A model generated the notes under the pieces. The model was given only the letters and a program-made list of their open reading frames with translations, did not search any database and was not told the DNA's origin. A program made the translations under genes and the position numbers. Shown piece by piece: positions 44,247 through 54,396 of a stretch of DNA of 64,000 nucleotides (the stretch's first letter is position 1; each line of letters begins with the position of its first letter). The DNA is from Isosphaeraceae bacterium (GTDB lineage: Bacteria; Planctomycetota; Planctomycetia; Isosphaerales; Isosphaeraceae), in assembly GCA_965201075.1 (NCBI GenBank), contig CBDAVP010000014.1, positions 186,001 to 250,000 on the forward strand, given 5' to 3'.

Positions 44247-46248
44247 GGGCTTCTTTCCCCCACGTCCCGCGGTGATGCCGACGATTTACGCCTTCGCCAG
44301 CACGCATCCTGATCACGCCGGCTTGCTGAAGGTAGGCTACACCGAGCGAGCCGCTGCCGATCGCATCTCCGAGCAGTTCCCAAGCGGCCTGATGACCGGC
44401 GAGATTCAGCTGATCGAATTCGCGATGCGGGCGGACGGTTCCGCCTTTACCGACCGGGACGTCCATCGTCATCTCAAGGCGCGGGGCGTCAAGAACATCT
44501 CGCACGAAGTGTTCCACTGCACCGTCGATCAAGTGCGGGCGGCGGTGGTCGCCGTACGCGAACGAACCGCCAACCTCGAAGACCGCACGCTGAGCTTCGG
44601 CCTACGCCCCGAGCAGCGGGAAGCCGTCGAGCGCACGGCGGATTACTTCAAAAAGGCCCGGATCGAGCAGCCAGGGCACACGCCGCATTTCCTGTGGAAC
44701 GCGAAAATGCGTTTCGGCAAGACCTTTGCCACGTATCAACTGGCCAAGACGTTGGGCTGGACGAAGGTGCTGGTGCTGACGTTCAAGCCGGCGGTGGTGC
44801 ATGCCTGGTCGGAAGATTTGACGCGACACCTCGACTTTGAAGGCTGGCAGTTCATCACCCGCGACGGGAGACTTACCTACGAACAGGCGGAGATGGAGAA
44901 GCCAATCGTCTGCTTTGGCAGCTTTCAGGACTTCTTGCAGCGTACGGCGGGCGGGGCCATCAAACCGCGCAACGGGTGGGTCCACGACACCGAGTGGGAC
45001 TGCGTGGTCCTGGACGAGTATCACTACGGCGCGTGGCGCGAGAACGCCAAGGGGTCGTTCGGCGCGGACGAGGAAGACGAGGGCGAAGTGGCCGAGGAAG
45101 TGACGAAGGTCGAGTCGGAGTTCGACGAGTCGATCCTGCCGATCACGACGGGGCATTACCTGTATCTGTCGGGCACGCCGTTCCGGGCGCTGGCATCCGG
45201 CGAGTTTATCGAAGAGCAAATTTACAACTGGACCTACAGCGACGAGCAGCGGGCGAAGCGCGATTGGGTGGGCCCGGGACCGAACCCGTATGCGCAACTG
45301 CCGAGACTGGTGTTGATGACGTACACACTGCCGGACGATATCCGGCGCGTGGCGGAGGAAGGCGAGTTCAATGAGTTTGACTTGAACGAGTTCTTCCGGG
45401 CTGAGGGTCAAGGTGGAACCGCGAAGTTCGAGCATTGGGACGAGGTGCAGAAGTGGCTGGACCTGATCCGCGGGGCGTATCGCGGGACGACAGTGGACGA
45501 TTTGAAGCTGGGGAAGGACCGGCCGCCGCTGCCGTTCGGTGATGCCCAGCTGCTGGGGGTGTTGCAGCATTCGTTCTGGTTCCTCCCGAGCGTGGTGGCG
45601 TGCCACGCGATGGCGAACCTGCTGAAGGCGAAACAGAACACCTTCTATCAAGATTACAACGTGGTGATCGCGGCGGGATCGAGGGCGGGCATCGGCGCGG
45701 CGGCGCTGCCTCCGGTGCTGGAAGCGATGGACGAACCCCTATCAAGCAAGAGCATCACGCTCTCGTGCGGGAAGCTGACCACGGGCGTGACGGTGCGTCC
45801 TTGGACGGGCATGCTGATGCTGCGGAAATGCAGCAGCCCGGAGACGTATTTCCAGTCGGCATTTCGGGTGCAGTCGCCCTGGACCATGTTGGACGAGTCG
45901 GGCATGGAAATCGTCGTGAAGCCCGAATGCTACGTCTTCGACTTCGCGCCGAACCGGGCTTTGCGGCAAATTGCCGATTATGGGTCAAGATTGGCCACGG
46001 ACGAAACGTCGCCCGAACAGCGCATCGCGGAGCTGGTCGGGTTCCTGCCGGTGTTGGCATACGACGGCGGCAGCATGCGCCAACTCGATGCGGAGGCGAT
46101 CCTCGATATCGCTACCGCCGGCACGAGCGCGACGCTGCTGGCCAAGCGATGGGAGAGCGTGCTGCTGGTGAACGTGGACGACAGCACGATCGGTCGGCTG
46201 ATGAAGGAGGATTTCAAGGCGACGTTCGCGAAGTTGGCACACGAGTAG
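44239..46248 (+). CDS. restriction endonuclease: GIY-YIG/T5orf172-like N-terminus + SF2 (DExH) helicase, possibly C-terminally truncated
   Basis: IYAF...LLKVGYTER; WNAKMRFGKT; LDEYHYG; YLSGTPF; QSAFRVQ. Confidence 0.85.
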   Translation: MDKGFFPPRPAVMPTIYAFASTHPDHAGLLKVGYTERAAADRISEQFPSGLMTGEIQLIEFAMRADGSAFTDRDVHRHLKARGVKNISHEVFHCTVDQVRAAVVAVRERTANLEDRTLSFGLRPEQREAVERTADYFKKARIEQPGHTPHFLWNAKMRFGKTFATYQLAKTLGWTKVLVLTFKPAVVHAWSEDLTRHLDFEGWQFITRDGRLTYEQAEMEKPIVCFGSFQDFLQRTAGGAIKPRNGWVHDTEWDCVVLDEYHYGAWRENAKGSFGADEEDEGEVAEEVTKVESEFDESILPITTGHYLYLSGTPFRALASGEFIEEQIYNWTYSDEQRAKRDWVGPGPNPYAQLPRLVLMTYTLPDDIRRVAEEGEFNEFDLNEFFRAEGQGGTAKFEHWDEVQKWLDLIRGAYRGTTVDDLKLGKDRPPLPFGDAQLLGVLQHSFWFLPSVVACHAMANLLKAKQNTFYQDYNVVIAAGSRAGIGAAALPPVLEAMDEPLSSKSITLSCGKLTTGVTVRPWTGMLMLRKCSSPETYFQSAFRVQSPWTMLDESGMEIVVKPECYVFDFAPNRALRQIADYGSRLATDETSPEQRIAELVGFLPVLAYDGGSMRQLDAEAILDIATAGTSATLLAKRWESVLLVNVDDSTIGRLMKEDFKATFAKLAHE

Positions 46249-46338
46249 AACCAGCGATGACCAAAGCTTGGCTTCTCGCCCTCTGCCCATCAGGAGCATC
46301 CCCTTCACCGCCGGTAAGATGGTTGGCAAGCAGGCGTC

Positions 46339-46485
46339 GGGGCGATGTGGCACATGGGCTACGAGTCCCAGACCCGCTACAACCACGTCATGCCCCCCAA
46401 CGCCCAGAGCCGCGCCATCGGCGAGAACGGCACCAACCCCGGGGCGTCCACGGCCGGCAGTCGACACTCCGGGGGCGTCAACGTC
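46339..46485 (+). pseudogene. DUF1559 C-terminal fragment
   Basis: WHMGYESQTRYNHVMPPN...AGSRHSGGVNV, with no N-terminus and no DG. Confidence 0.65.
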
Positions 46486-46694
46486 CCGGCGTTGAAACCA
46501 CCATCGCGTTCCGGAGGGCCGACGTCCACGCCTCGGGAACTCCGGTTTCGCGGGACGTTGTGGTCCTCAGCGAACCGGCTCGCAACTTTGTGCATCCCCG
46601 CCTCGGAAAGAGGGAAGACCCTCCCGCCGCCGACTCCTACGATGCGACCGTCGTGAAGGCGAGCGATCGATCGTCGGAGGAGGGGGGGGCAATC

Positions 46695-47513
46695 ATGGAC
46701 CAGGCACGTCTGGACGACCCGTCGCGTTGGGACGGGATCGTCGAGCACTACGCCGTCGTCGGCGAGGCCATCACCACGCCGTACAGCCTCGACGCCCTGG
46801 CGGGTCTCGATCCGCGACGGGCGGTCCGGCTGCTTGACGTGGCCACCGGCACCGGGGCGCTGGCCAGGGCCGCCGCTCGTCGGGGGGCGAGCGTCACGGC
46901 GATCGACTCCTCCCCGGGCATGGTGGCCTACCTCTCCCAGCGGGCCAGGGAGGAAGGTCTGACTGGCCTGGAGGCGCGCGTCATGGATGGGCAGGCGTTG
47001 GACCTGCCCGACGCCTCCTTCGACGTCGCGTGCTCGGTCTTCGGGGTCTTCCTCTTCCCCGACCACCGGGCGGGCCTGGCCGAGATGAAGCGGGTGCTCG
47101 TCGCCGGCGGTTCGCTCCGGCTGGTGGTCTGGGCGGCGCCCGAGCGGATGGCCCACCTCCAAATCTGGGAGGAGACCGTCCGGGACGTCTTCCCCGGCTT
47201 TGAGGACCTCGTGCGCCCGAGCGGCTGGCGGGCGATGATGACGCCCGAGGGGTTGACGGATGAGCTTCGGGAGGTCGGCTTCGTCGGGGTCGAGGTCCAG
47301 CCCCTGCGTCATGAATGGTCGGTCCCCTCGACCGATTGGTTGCTCGCCCAGGAGACCGACAGCAACCCCTTCTCCGAACGTCTCTACGAACGACTCGGCC
47401 CCGGCTCCCGAGAGCGGGTGCGGCATCGGCTGCGGGAGAGGTTGAAGGCCGAACATGGCGACGGACCATTCGCCCTGCCGGCGGAGGCTTGGCTGGCCGT
47501 CGGCACACGCTGA
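46695..47513 (+). CDS. class I SAM-dependent methyltransferase
   Basis: LLDVATGTG, IDSSPGMV, MDGQALDLPDASFDV, EMKRVLVAGG. Confidence 0.9.
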   Translation: MDQARLDDPSRWDGIVEHYAVVGEAITTPYSLDALAGLDPRRAVRLLDVATGTGALARAAARRGASVTAIDSSPGMVAYLSQRAREEGLTGLEARVMDGQALDLPDASFDVACSVFGVFLFPDHRAGLAEMKRVLVAGGSLRLVVWAAPERMAHLQIWEETVRDVFPGFEDLVRPSGWRAMMTPEGLTDELREVGFVGVEVQPLRHEWSVPSTDWLLAQETDSNPFSERLYERLGPGSRERVRHRLRERLKAEHGDGPFALPAEAWLAVGTR

Positions 47514-47532
47514 TCAGGAAAGCGAGGAAGCG

Positions 47533-48615
47533 ATGGACCAGGGCAACAGGGTTGGGAGCGAGTCGATGTCGCGCCGGCAGGCCCTCGCCAGGGTGGCGGG
47601 GGCGGCCGGCTTCCTCGTGAGTCACGGGGGCGCGGAGGGCGGGATGGACGAACCCAGGCCGAAGCCGACACGCCAGGTCGACGTGGTCGTCGTGGGGGGC
47701 GGACCGGCCGGGCTCAGTGCGGCCCTGGTCCTTGGACGGGCCTGCCGGAGCGTGCTCGTGTGCGACTCGGGTCAGGGCCGGAACGCCCCAGCCGAGGCGG
47801 TTCACGGCTTCCTCGGCCAGGACGGCACGCCGCCGGACCAGTTACGCAAGATCGGCCGGGAGCAGTTGAAACCCTACGACGTCCGATTTCATGACGGTCG
47901 GGCGACCGACGCCCGAGCCGTCGATGGCCGGTTCGAGGTCACCCTCGACGGGGCCAAGGTCGTCGCCTGCCGCAAGTTGATCCTGGCCACCGGCCTTGTC
48001 GACGTTCTGCCCGAGATCCCCGGCCTGCGAGAGCGCTGGGGCCGATCCGTGATCCACTGCCCCTACTGCCACGGCTGGGAGTTCCGGGGCCGCCCCTGGA
48101 CCTTCATGGCCCCTCCCGAGGCGGTCGTCGAGGTCTCGACGCTCTTGCTCGGCTGGACTCAAAATTTGACGCTACTGACCAACGGTCCGGCCGAACTCGC
48201 CCCCCAGGATCGGACCTGGCTGGCGGACCACGGCGTGAAGCGAGTCGAGGAGCGGATCGATCGTCTGGAAGGGGAGGACCGACGGCTGAGGGCAATTCAC
48301 CTCGACGGCGGGCGTCGCCTGGAGGCGGATGTCCTGTTGGTGAGGACCCGGCTCCGGCAAGCTTCGGACCTCGCCGAGAGGCTCGGCTGTGCCCTGCGCG
48401 ACCAGGGGCCGACCGCCGGCCAGGTGAAGACCGAGCCGTCCGGAGTGACCAGTGTGGAGGGGCTTTACGTCGTTGGAGACGCCTCCGACGCCGGCAACCC
48501 GAGTGTCGTCTCGGCGGTGGCCGAGGGCTCCCTGGCGGCGGCCCTGGCTTGCAAGGCCATCTTCAACGAGAATGCCCGACGTCCCGAGGGTCTCGCGCCA
48601 GGTCGCCCGGGGTAA
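47533..48615 (+). CDS. TrxB/GliT-like FAD-dependent oxidoreductase
   Basis: VVGGGPAGLSAA, LILATG, HCPYCHGWE, TSVEGLYVVGD. Confidence 0.9.
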   Translation: MDQGNRVGSESMSRRQALARVAGAAGFLVSHGGAEGGMDEPRPKPTRQVDVVVVGGGPAGLSAALVLGRACRSVLVCDSGQGRNAPAEAVHGFLGQDGTPPDQLRKIGREQLKPYDVRFHDGRATDARAVDGRFEVTLDGAKVVACRKLILATGLVDVLPEIPGLRERWGRSVIHCPYCHGWEFRGRPWTFMAPPEAVVEVSTLLLGWTQNLTLLTNGPAELAPQDRTWLADHGVKRVEERIDRLEGEDRRLRAIHLDGGRRLEADVLLVRTRLRQASDLAERLGCALRDQGPTAGQVKTEPSGVTSVEGLYVVGDASDAGNPSVVSAVAEGSLAAALACKAIFNENARRPEGLAPGRPG

Positions 48616-49432
48616 CGCCCAGCCACCGACGGACGTGGCGATGCAGGTGACTCTGGCCGGAGAAGCCCGACCGGACCGCCGCCTGGGCAATGCCGCAGCC
48701 ACCTTCCAGCAACTGCCTCGCCCGCTCGACCCGTCGGCCGATCACGTACTGGCGCGGCGTCGTCCCCGTCGATCCGCGGAAGAGTCGAAGGAAATGGAAC
48801 GGGCTGAGGCCGGCGACGGCCGCCAGCCGATCGACGGACAGGTCGCCCTCAAGGTGGCCTTCAACGTGGTCGGTCACCCTTCGCAGCACCTCCCGTGGCA
48901 GGCCGGCGGGCAGCCTGGGCGAACGGCCGCCCTCGTCGGCATACTCTCGCAACAGGTGAACGGCCAGGGCGGTGCCAAGCGACTCGGCGAGCAACTCCCG
49001 ACCCCCCCCGCCGGTTTCGGCCACCTTGGCGAGAGCCCGGGCTACCTGACCGGCAAAGGCGTCTCGGCGCATCGCCACCGGGCGGAGGCGGGCCGACTCC
49101 AGGCCCGACTGACCGGCGACCCGATCGACCAGGCCCCTTGAGAGCCGGACCGAGACCGACTCGAAGGGCCGGGCCGTTCGGACAAGCGTGGGGACCAGGG
49201 CGGGCGTCACCACTACGTCGCCCGCCGACGGCCGGCCCGAGTACCCGTTCCCCTCTCCAAAATGCCAGTCGACGTGCCCAGGGCCAGAGAGGAACAGGGT
49301 CAACTGGTGGAAGTCGTGGGCGTGCCGATTGGCCACGACGGGCCTCTCCGCCAAGGACCGGCGGACGAGCAACCCCTCGGCCAGCCCCTCGTCGTGCCGC
49401 CCCATCGGCACGATCTCCATCGCCTTGCCCAT
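48563..49432 (-). CDS. AraC-family transcriptional regulator
   Basis: LAAVAGLSPFHFLRLFRGSTGTTP...RRVERARQLL...GFSGQSHLHR. Confidence 0.9.
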   Translation of the reverse strand: MGKAMEIVPMGRHDEGLAEGLLVRRSLAERPVVANRHAHDFHQLTLFLSGPGHVDWHFGEGNGYSGRPSAGDVVVTPALVPTLVRTARPFESVSVRLSRGLVDRVAGQSGLESARLRPVAMRRDAFAGQVARALAKVAETGGGGRELLAESLGTALAVHLLREYADEGGRSPRLPAGLPREVLRRVTDHVEGHLEGDLSVDRLAAVAGLSPFHFLRLFRGSTGTTPRQYVIGRRVERARQLLEGGCGIAQAAVRSGFSGQSHLHRHVRRWLGVTPGDLARDPRDVGHSR

Positions 49433-49915
49433 CCGAGACCTCCGAGTCCCCACCGACGTCGGAGTGCCCAGCTCGCAAGGCCCAGGGTCCGACGATCGAC
49501 ACCAATCCCGCCAACATCCTACGAGCCGGTCCAAGGTCGCCGACAGCCCCGCCCAAACCCGGAGGATGACCAGCCCAGCCTCGAAGGCCGTCCCTTCTGA
49601 AAGTGAGGCGGAAGCCCGACCTCGGCGACAAGGTGACGCCCCGGCCCTCCTCAACGGGTCGGTTGATCTACCCACCGCGGGCAATCTCGGGTATCCCTCG
49701 TCGCCCCTTCGACGTCATATCCGGCACGACCCCGAAAATCCTTCAAGGTTCGACCCGCCCCCGGCCGATCCAGGGAGGGACGGGGAAGTTCGGTCGATCG
49801 GCCGTCCGTTTCGATGGGCGAGGCGCGAGCGGTGCGTAACGGCGACGGGGCCAGTAGGTCCCGACCGTTGAGCGTGCGGCCGTTGGCCCGTCCCAGCCTA
49901 GCAAGGAGGCGAGGC

Positions 49916-51790
49916 GTGAGTCGTCCCAGAATGGCCCCGGCCGCCGTGGCATGGCTGGCCGCCCTCGGCCTGGCCGGACCGTTGGCCTCGGCCCAGCCCC
50001 CGGCGGTAACCGGTTCCGCCGCCTCGGACTCGGGCCTGCCCGACCCGATGGCCTCGGCCCGCAACGCCCGGCACCTGATGCGCAATGGCCAGGACTACCT
50101 CTCGTACAAGCAGTACGAGCGGGCCCTGTCCTTCCTCCGCCAGGCCGAAACCCGTCAAACCGAGTTGAGCGTCCCCGAACGAGCCGCCCTGCGCAAGGCG
50201 ATCGAGCGGGCCCGGCAGGGGATGCGTGAACCCGAAGCCCCCACCGACTCCGCCCTCGCCCGAGGCCGCGGCCCCTCCGACCGCCCCCGAGACCCCCAGG
50301 CCTCGGGCACCTTCGCCCTGGCCCGGCCCATCCGCGACGTCGAGCCGATCCAGCTCGCCTCGGCCGTCGTCGAGGCCCCCAAGGCCCCCGCCAGCCCGAC
50401 TGTCGTCGCCGACCTGCCCGAGGCCAGCCCGGTCCCCGCGGCCCTGCCCGAGCTTCCCACCCTGCCCGGGACCGCCGAGCCCGTCGCCGCCCCTCCGGCC
50501 CTCAACGCCGAACCAATTCCCACCCCCGCGCCAACCCCGGTCCCCGCCGCCGCCGCCCCGGAGCCCGAGCCGCTCCCGGTCGTCGCCGAGCCGGAACCCG
50601 TCGCCCCCCCGGTCGCCCCCGAGCCGGAACCCGTCGCCCCCCCGATCGGACCCGAACCCCCACCGGCCGCCCTCGCCGACCCGGCCCCCGAGACGCCCGA
50701 CCCAGCTCCGGCCCCCGAGACGCCCGACCCAGCCGCCGAACCATTGACCATCCTCTCGGCCCAGCCCGAGGACACCTTACCCGACCTGCCCCCGGCCACC
50801 GCCGCGGCCCCGGCCCCGGCCCCGGCCGAAGTCCCCACCCTCCCGGCCGAGACCCCCGCCCCCGAGGTCCCGCCGATCGCCGACCCGGTGATCCCGGCCC
50901 CCGAGGCGCTCGACCCAGCCCCGATTCCAATCCCGGCCCCAGCCGACCCTCTCTTGCCAACGGCCGCAACGCCCGACCAGGCCGACTCCGCCTTGCCGCC
51001 CCCGCCCGAGGAAGCGCCTCCGATCGCCGCCGACCCGGCCCCGGCCCCGGTCGCCGCCGACCCGGCCGCCTTGCCGGAACTGCCCCCTCAGGTCCCCGCC
51101 GCGGCGTTGGTTCCCATGCCCACGCCCGAGGAACTGAGGTCTCCGAGGCCCGGCGGACCCATCTCGACCCTCTCGGAATCCTCCCGGCGCGAGGTCGAGG
51201 AGGTCGCCCGTCGCCAGGACGCCAACTCCCGACGAGCCCCCGACGCCGCCCCCACCAACCGCACAGAGCAGCCCATCGGCGTCGGCTCCGACGTCCAGAC
51301 CAACCGTCTGGAGCTACCTCGGGCCCCCAGCCCCACCGAGCCCCGAGCCATCCGGCCGATCCCCATCGACGAGGAACCCGCCCCGATGACCCCCCGTCGC
51401 TGGGAACCCACCAGCAAGTACTGGGCGTCGGTCGGCTCCTGCCACACCCCCCTCTACTTCCAGGACGCCGTCCTGGAACGCTACGGCCAAAGCGTCGAGC
51501 AGGGCATGGGCCCCTTCGGCCGGTTCGTCACCTACCGACTGGACGACCCCACCCAGTCCAACCAGCGGATGCAGATCGCCCAGCCGTTCGTCTCGCTGGC
51601 CCTGTTTTACGGACAGGTCGTCGCCTTACCCTACAACCTGATCGTCGACCCACCCTGGGAAGCCGAATACGACCTGGGCTACTACCGCCCCGGCGACCGA
51701 ATCCCGCCCGACACCTACTACCTCCCCTGGCTAGGAGTCGGCCCGCCCCTCAAGGGACGAAACTACGGCGGCTTCCACGGTCACCGTTGA
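49916..51790 (+). CDS. secreted Pro/Ala/Glu-rich protein with conserved-looking C-terminal domain
   Basis: AGGAGG RBS, signal peptide, TPR-like helices, PEP repeats, CHTPLYFQDAVLERYG. Confidence 0.75.
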   Translation: MSRPRMAPAAVAWLAALGLAGPLASAQPPAVTGSAASDSGLPDPMASARNARHLMRNGQDYLSYKQYERALSFLRQAETRQTELSVPERAALRKAIERARQGMREPEAPTDSALARGRGPSDRPRDPQASGTFALARPIRDVEPIQLASAVVEAPKAPASPTVVADLPEASPVPAALPELPTLPGTAEPVAAPPALNAEPIPTPAPTPVPAAAAPEPEPLPVVAEPEPVAPPVAPEPEPVAPPIGPEPPPAALADPAPETPDPAPAPETPDPAAEPLTILSAQPEDTLPDLPPATAAAPAPAPAEVPTLPAETPAPEVPPIADPVIPAPEALDPAPIPIPAPADPLLPTAATPDQADSALPPPPEEAPPIAADPAPAPVAADPAALPELPPQVPAAALVPMPTPEELRSPRPGGPISTLSESSRREVEEVARRQDANSRRAPDAAPTNRTEQPIGVGSDVQTNRLELPRAPSPTEPRAIRPIPIDEEPAPMTPRRWEPTSKYWASVGSCHTPLYFQDAVLERYGQSVEQGMGPFGRFVTYRLDDPTQSNQRMQIAQPFVSLALFYGQVVALPYNLIVDPPWEAEYDLGYYRPGDRIPPDTYYLPWLGVGPPLKGRNYGGFHGHR

Positions 51791-51815
51791 TCTCCCTCAG
51801 CCTCAAGGCCCCCCA

Positions 51816-51843
51816 GACGCCCCCGGAAAACCCCGGGGGCGTC
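51816..51843. terminator. hairpin between convergent genes
   Basis: GACGCCCCCGG-aaaacc-CCGGGGGCGTC. Confidence 0.7.
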
Positions 51844-51867
51844 GTCGTTTGCGGGCAACGCTTCCCG

Positions 51868-52296
51868 TCACGTGACGAAGAAAGGCGAGACACCCACCGC
51901 CGTTGCGGCCGCGTTCAGCTTGCCGTCGAGCGTGGCCAGCGGCAGCCCGAGCCGCATCGCTAATTCGAGGTAGGAGGCATCGTAGGCGGAAAGCTTGTGA
52001 GCGCGGGCCAGGTGCATGGTCTCGAACCAGGCCCTGGCCACCGTCTCGTCATCGACGGTGATGGGGAAGGTCCCAAGAAGGGCGAGAAAATGGGCGGACA
52101 TGGCCGGAGTCGTCCGGCCTCGCCGTTCGCCGACCAGAAGGGCGTTGGCCACCTCCAGCGCCCAGAGGGCCGGGACGTGGGCTTGCAGGTCCGGCATCTT
52201 GTCGAGGATCGCGGCGGCATAGTCGTCGCCTTCGTCCGCGAAGACCCAGACCAAGGTCACCGACCCATCGAGGACGAAACCGCCGGTCGCATCCAT
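51868..52296 (-). CDS. vapC: VapC PIN-domain toxin
   Basis: FVLDGS, WALEVANAL, LSAYDASYLELA, LATLD. Confidence 0.92.
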   Translation of the reverse strand: MDATGGFVLDGSVTLVWVFADEGDDYAAAILDKMPDLQAHVPALWALEVANALLVGERRGRTTPAMSAHFLALLGTFPITVDDETVARAWFETMHLARAHKLSAYDASYLELAMRLGLPLATLDGKLNAAATAVGVSPFFVT

Positions 52297-52308
52297 GCGA
52301 ATCCTTTC

Positions 52309-52554
52309 CTAGAATCGGCGTCCTTCCTCGATCAGATCCCGCACGCTCAGGCCGCCAAGGGACTGGCCCTCGCGAAGACGCTTCATAGCCTCAACGGCGG
52401 CCTGGACGTCGGGCCTGGGCTTGGTCGCAACGGCGGGAACCAGTCGCGCGACGGGCTTGCCATGCTTGGTGATGGTAAATTCCTCGCCCTGCGCAACCCG
52501 CTCCAAAAGCTGAGGCAGGTGGGTTTTGGCTTCAAAGGAGCCCACGCTTTCCAC
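52309..52554 (-). CDS. Phd/YefM antitoxin
   Basis: VGSFEAKTHLPQLLERVAQGEEFTITKHGKPVARLVP. Confidence 0.93.
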   Translation of the reverse strand: MESVGSFEAKTHLPQLLERVAQGEEFTITKHGKPVARLVPAVATKPRPDVQAAVEAMKRLREGQSLGGLSVRDLIEEGRRF

Positions 52555-52573
52555 GTTCGTTCTCCCTTCGGAA

Positions 52574-52595
52574 TAGACTGGTTGAATCTAGTCTA
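52574..52595. promoter_or_regulatory. inverted repeat upstream of phd (probable operator)
   Basis: TAGACTgg-ttgaat-ctAGTCTA. Confidence 0.45.
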
Positions 52596-52767
52596 ATCGA
52601 AAGTGAGGTCGCCCGGCCAGGCGAGTTCGGTCTTGATATTCTATGGCTGCAAGACCCCCATGACTCCTGCGCTGGGCAGACTAGACGCTGAGAGGGCATC
52701 CTAGAGAGGATACGATTGGGGAAGACCATCGGGAGCCCGGATGAAGCGACTCCCGAGAGATGAAACC

Positions 52768-53061
52768 ATGAACCGTCGGGCCATTCTGGACCTCAGGAAC
52801 GCCGAGGTCCCCGGCCTGAAGCGGAAGTACGGAGCCAAGTCGCTGTCTGGCTTCGGCTCAATAGCTCGGGGCGGCGACCACGAAGGGAGCGACATGGACA
52901 TCCCCATCACATTCGAGGCGGTGGCGACGTCCGACAACTTCTTTGACTTGAAATTTCACCTAAAGGCACGATTCGGACGCCCTGTCGATCTCGGAACGTC
53001 CGACATGTTTCGGTCCCGGGTGCGGCACCTCGTCGAGAAAAAGTTCATCCTTGTCCCGTAA
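52768..53061 (+). CDS. minimal nucleotidyltransferase (MNT antitoxin-like), orphan and possibly decaying
   Basis: FGSIARG...SDMDI, FFDLKFHL...FGRPVDL; no DUF86 gene follows directly. Confidence 0.75.
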   Translation: MNRRAILDLRNAEVPGLKRKYGAKSLSGFGSIARGGDHEGSDMDIPITFEAVATSDNFFDLKFHLKARFGRPVDLGTSDMFRSRVRHLVEKKFILVP

Positions 53062-53309
53062 ACCCGAGGAACCGAGTGGTGACATCGAAAGATGCTGCGA
53101 ACAAATCCTGCGAAAGACCAACACCGCGGCGGGTTACCGCGCGTAAAAAAAATCAAGAACAAAATCTGATTTCGGGATCCTGACATTCCTTCGTGCCATC
53201 GGCCAATCTTGGCGGCCGAGAAGTTGTGGATCAGTCGACCGGGGATGTGTAAGATTGCCCTGAGATCATCGGCAATAAGCAAAAGGGAAGTTCCTGGAAG
53301 GGGCATGAA

Positions 53310-54098
53310 TTGCCAAAAATTGTTTTTCGCGGCCTAGTTCATCCAACTGATATGAGCCTGACGATTAACAAGAATATGAAAGCTGATTGGTCAGTCGATG
53401 AATTCAAAGTATAGATCAATTATCAATGGTTCATCAAAGAATCAAAGGTGCGAGTCGAATGCGATATTCGTCGATTTGATGATGTACAAGCCGAGCCATT
53501 AACTCCTGTGGAGGTGGGAGAAATTTGGAAGAGAGCCTTTGACCTGGTGAGAGGTACTGTCAATCTGTGTTGTTTCGCAATGGGATGCGAAGCGACAGTT
53601 ATCCTGGATAAATATACAGATAAATTTGGAAGCGAAATATCTTACTACATCTCGGATCCGGAATTAGCTGCACTGTGTAAAGCATATAGCCTTGATGAAG
53701 CTGGAAGTGATGCTTTCGATGTAATTTTTTCCATCGTACTCAGCGAGCCAGCGTTTTTCATGGCACTGGAGGATCTCATTACAGCAAATACCCTTCCGCA
53801 CCATGCCCCGGTCGCTTGCGCACGGGCAATTGAAGGCGTTCGGAGGATGATTTCCGCGAGCGAGCCGACCGCCAAAGCGTGGGAAATGATGCGTCAGAAG
53901 CTGAACATTGGCGAGGAATATCTAAAATTCATAACCGAACTGTCTAAAGGCCCTAGGCACGCCGATCGTACGTACATTCCTGGACCATCAACAGCCGAAA
54001 TCGCTCGTAGAACTTGGACTATCATGAATCGCTTTCTAGAATTCAGGAAACGGAGCAATCTCCCTTTACCGGAAACCGAATTTCCTAAGCTTCAATAG
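53310..54098 (+). CDS. low-GC hypothetical protein, possibly HEPN-like; in-frame TAG at 53412-53414
   Basis: TTG 53310 is in frame with ORF 53448..54098; helical C-terminus with ARAIEG and SKGPRHAD. Confidence 0.55.
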
Positions 54099-54396
54099 TT
54101 GGGGTTGCTGCCGCAATCATTGAGGCCCAAACCCCGGCTGCATCTTCCGCCAAAGCATCTGCCCAAGCCGCTTCGATCATTTCATTGGTTGGAGAACAAG
54201 GGACAATGACGTAACCTGCCTGCCTAATAGCTTGTAAGATCTGTTGAGCACCAACTTGGGATATTATTACAGAGTTCAGAAATCTTTCAAGCACCTTTAT
54301 TACAACTATTTGAATACCCTGATAGGATTCATTTAACTCGGGAATTGGTTCAGGAAATCGGTCGGGTAATTTGATTGATTCCAAGTTCGTATCCAT
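54085..54396 (-). CDS. low-GC hypothetical protein
   Basis: 103-aa ORF with PTNEMIEAA motif, in an AT-rich island. Confidence 0.5.
   Translation of the reverse strand: MDTNLESIKLPDRFPEPIPELNESYQGIQIVVIKVLERFLNSVIISQVGAQQILQAIRQAGYVIVPCSPTNEMIEAAWADALAEDAAGVWASMIAAATPTIEA

Noticed and set aside
45600..46694. 637-aa ORF suggesting a fusion to the methyltransferase
   Set aside because: The 5' part is an alternative frame of the restriction gene; the real gene starts at 46695 after a GGAGG-type RBS
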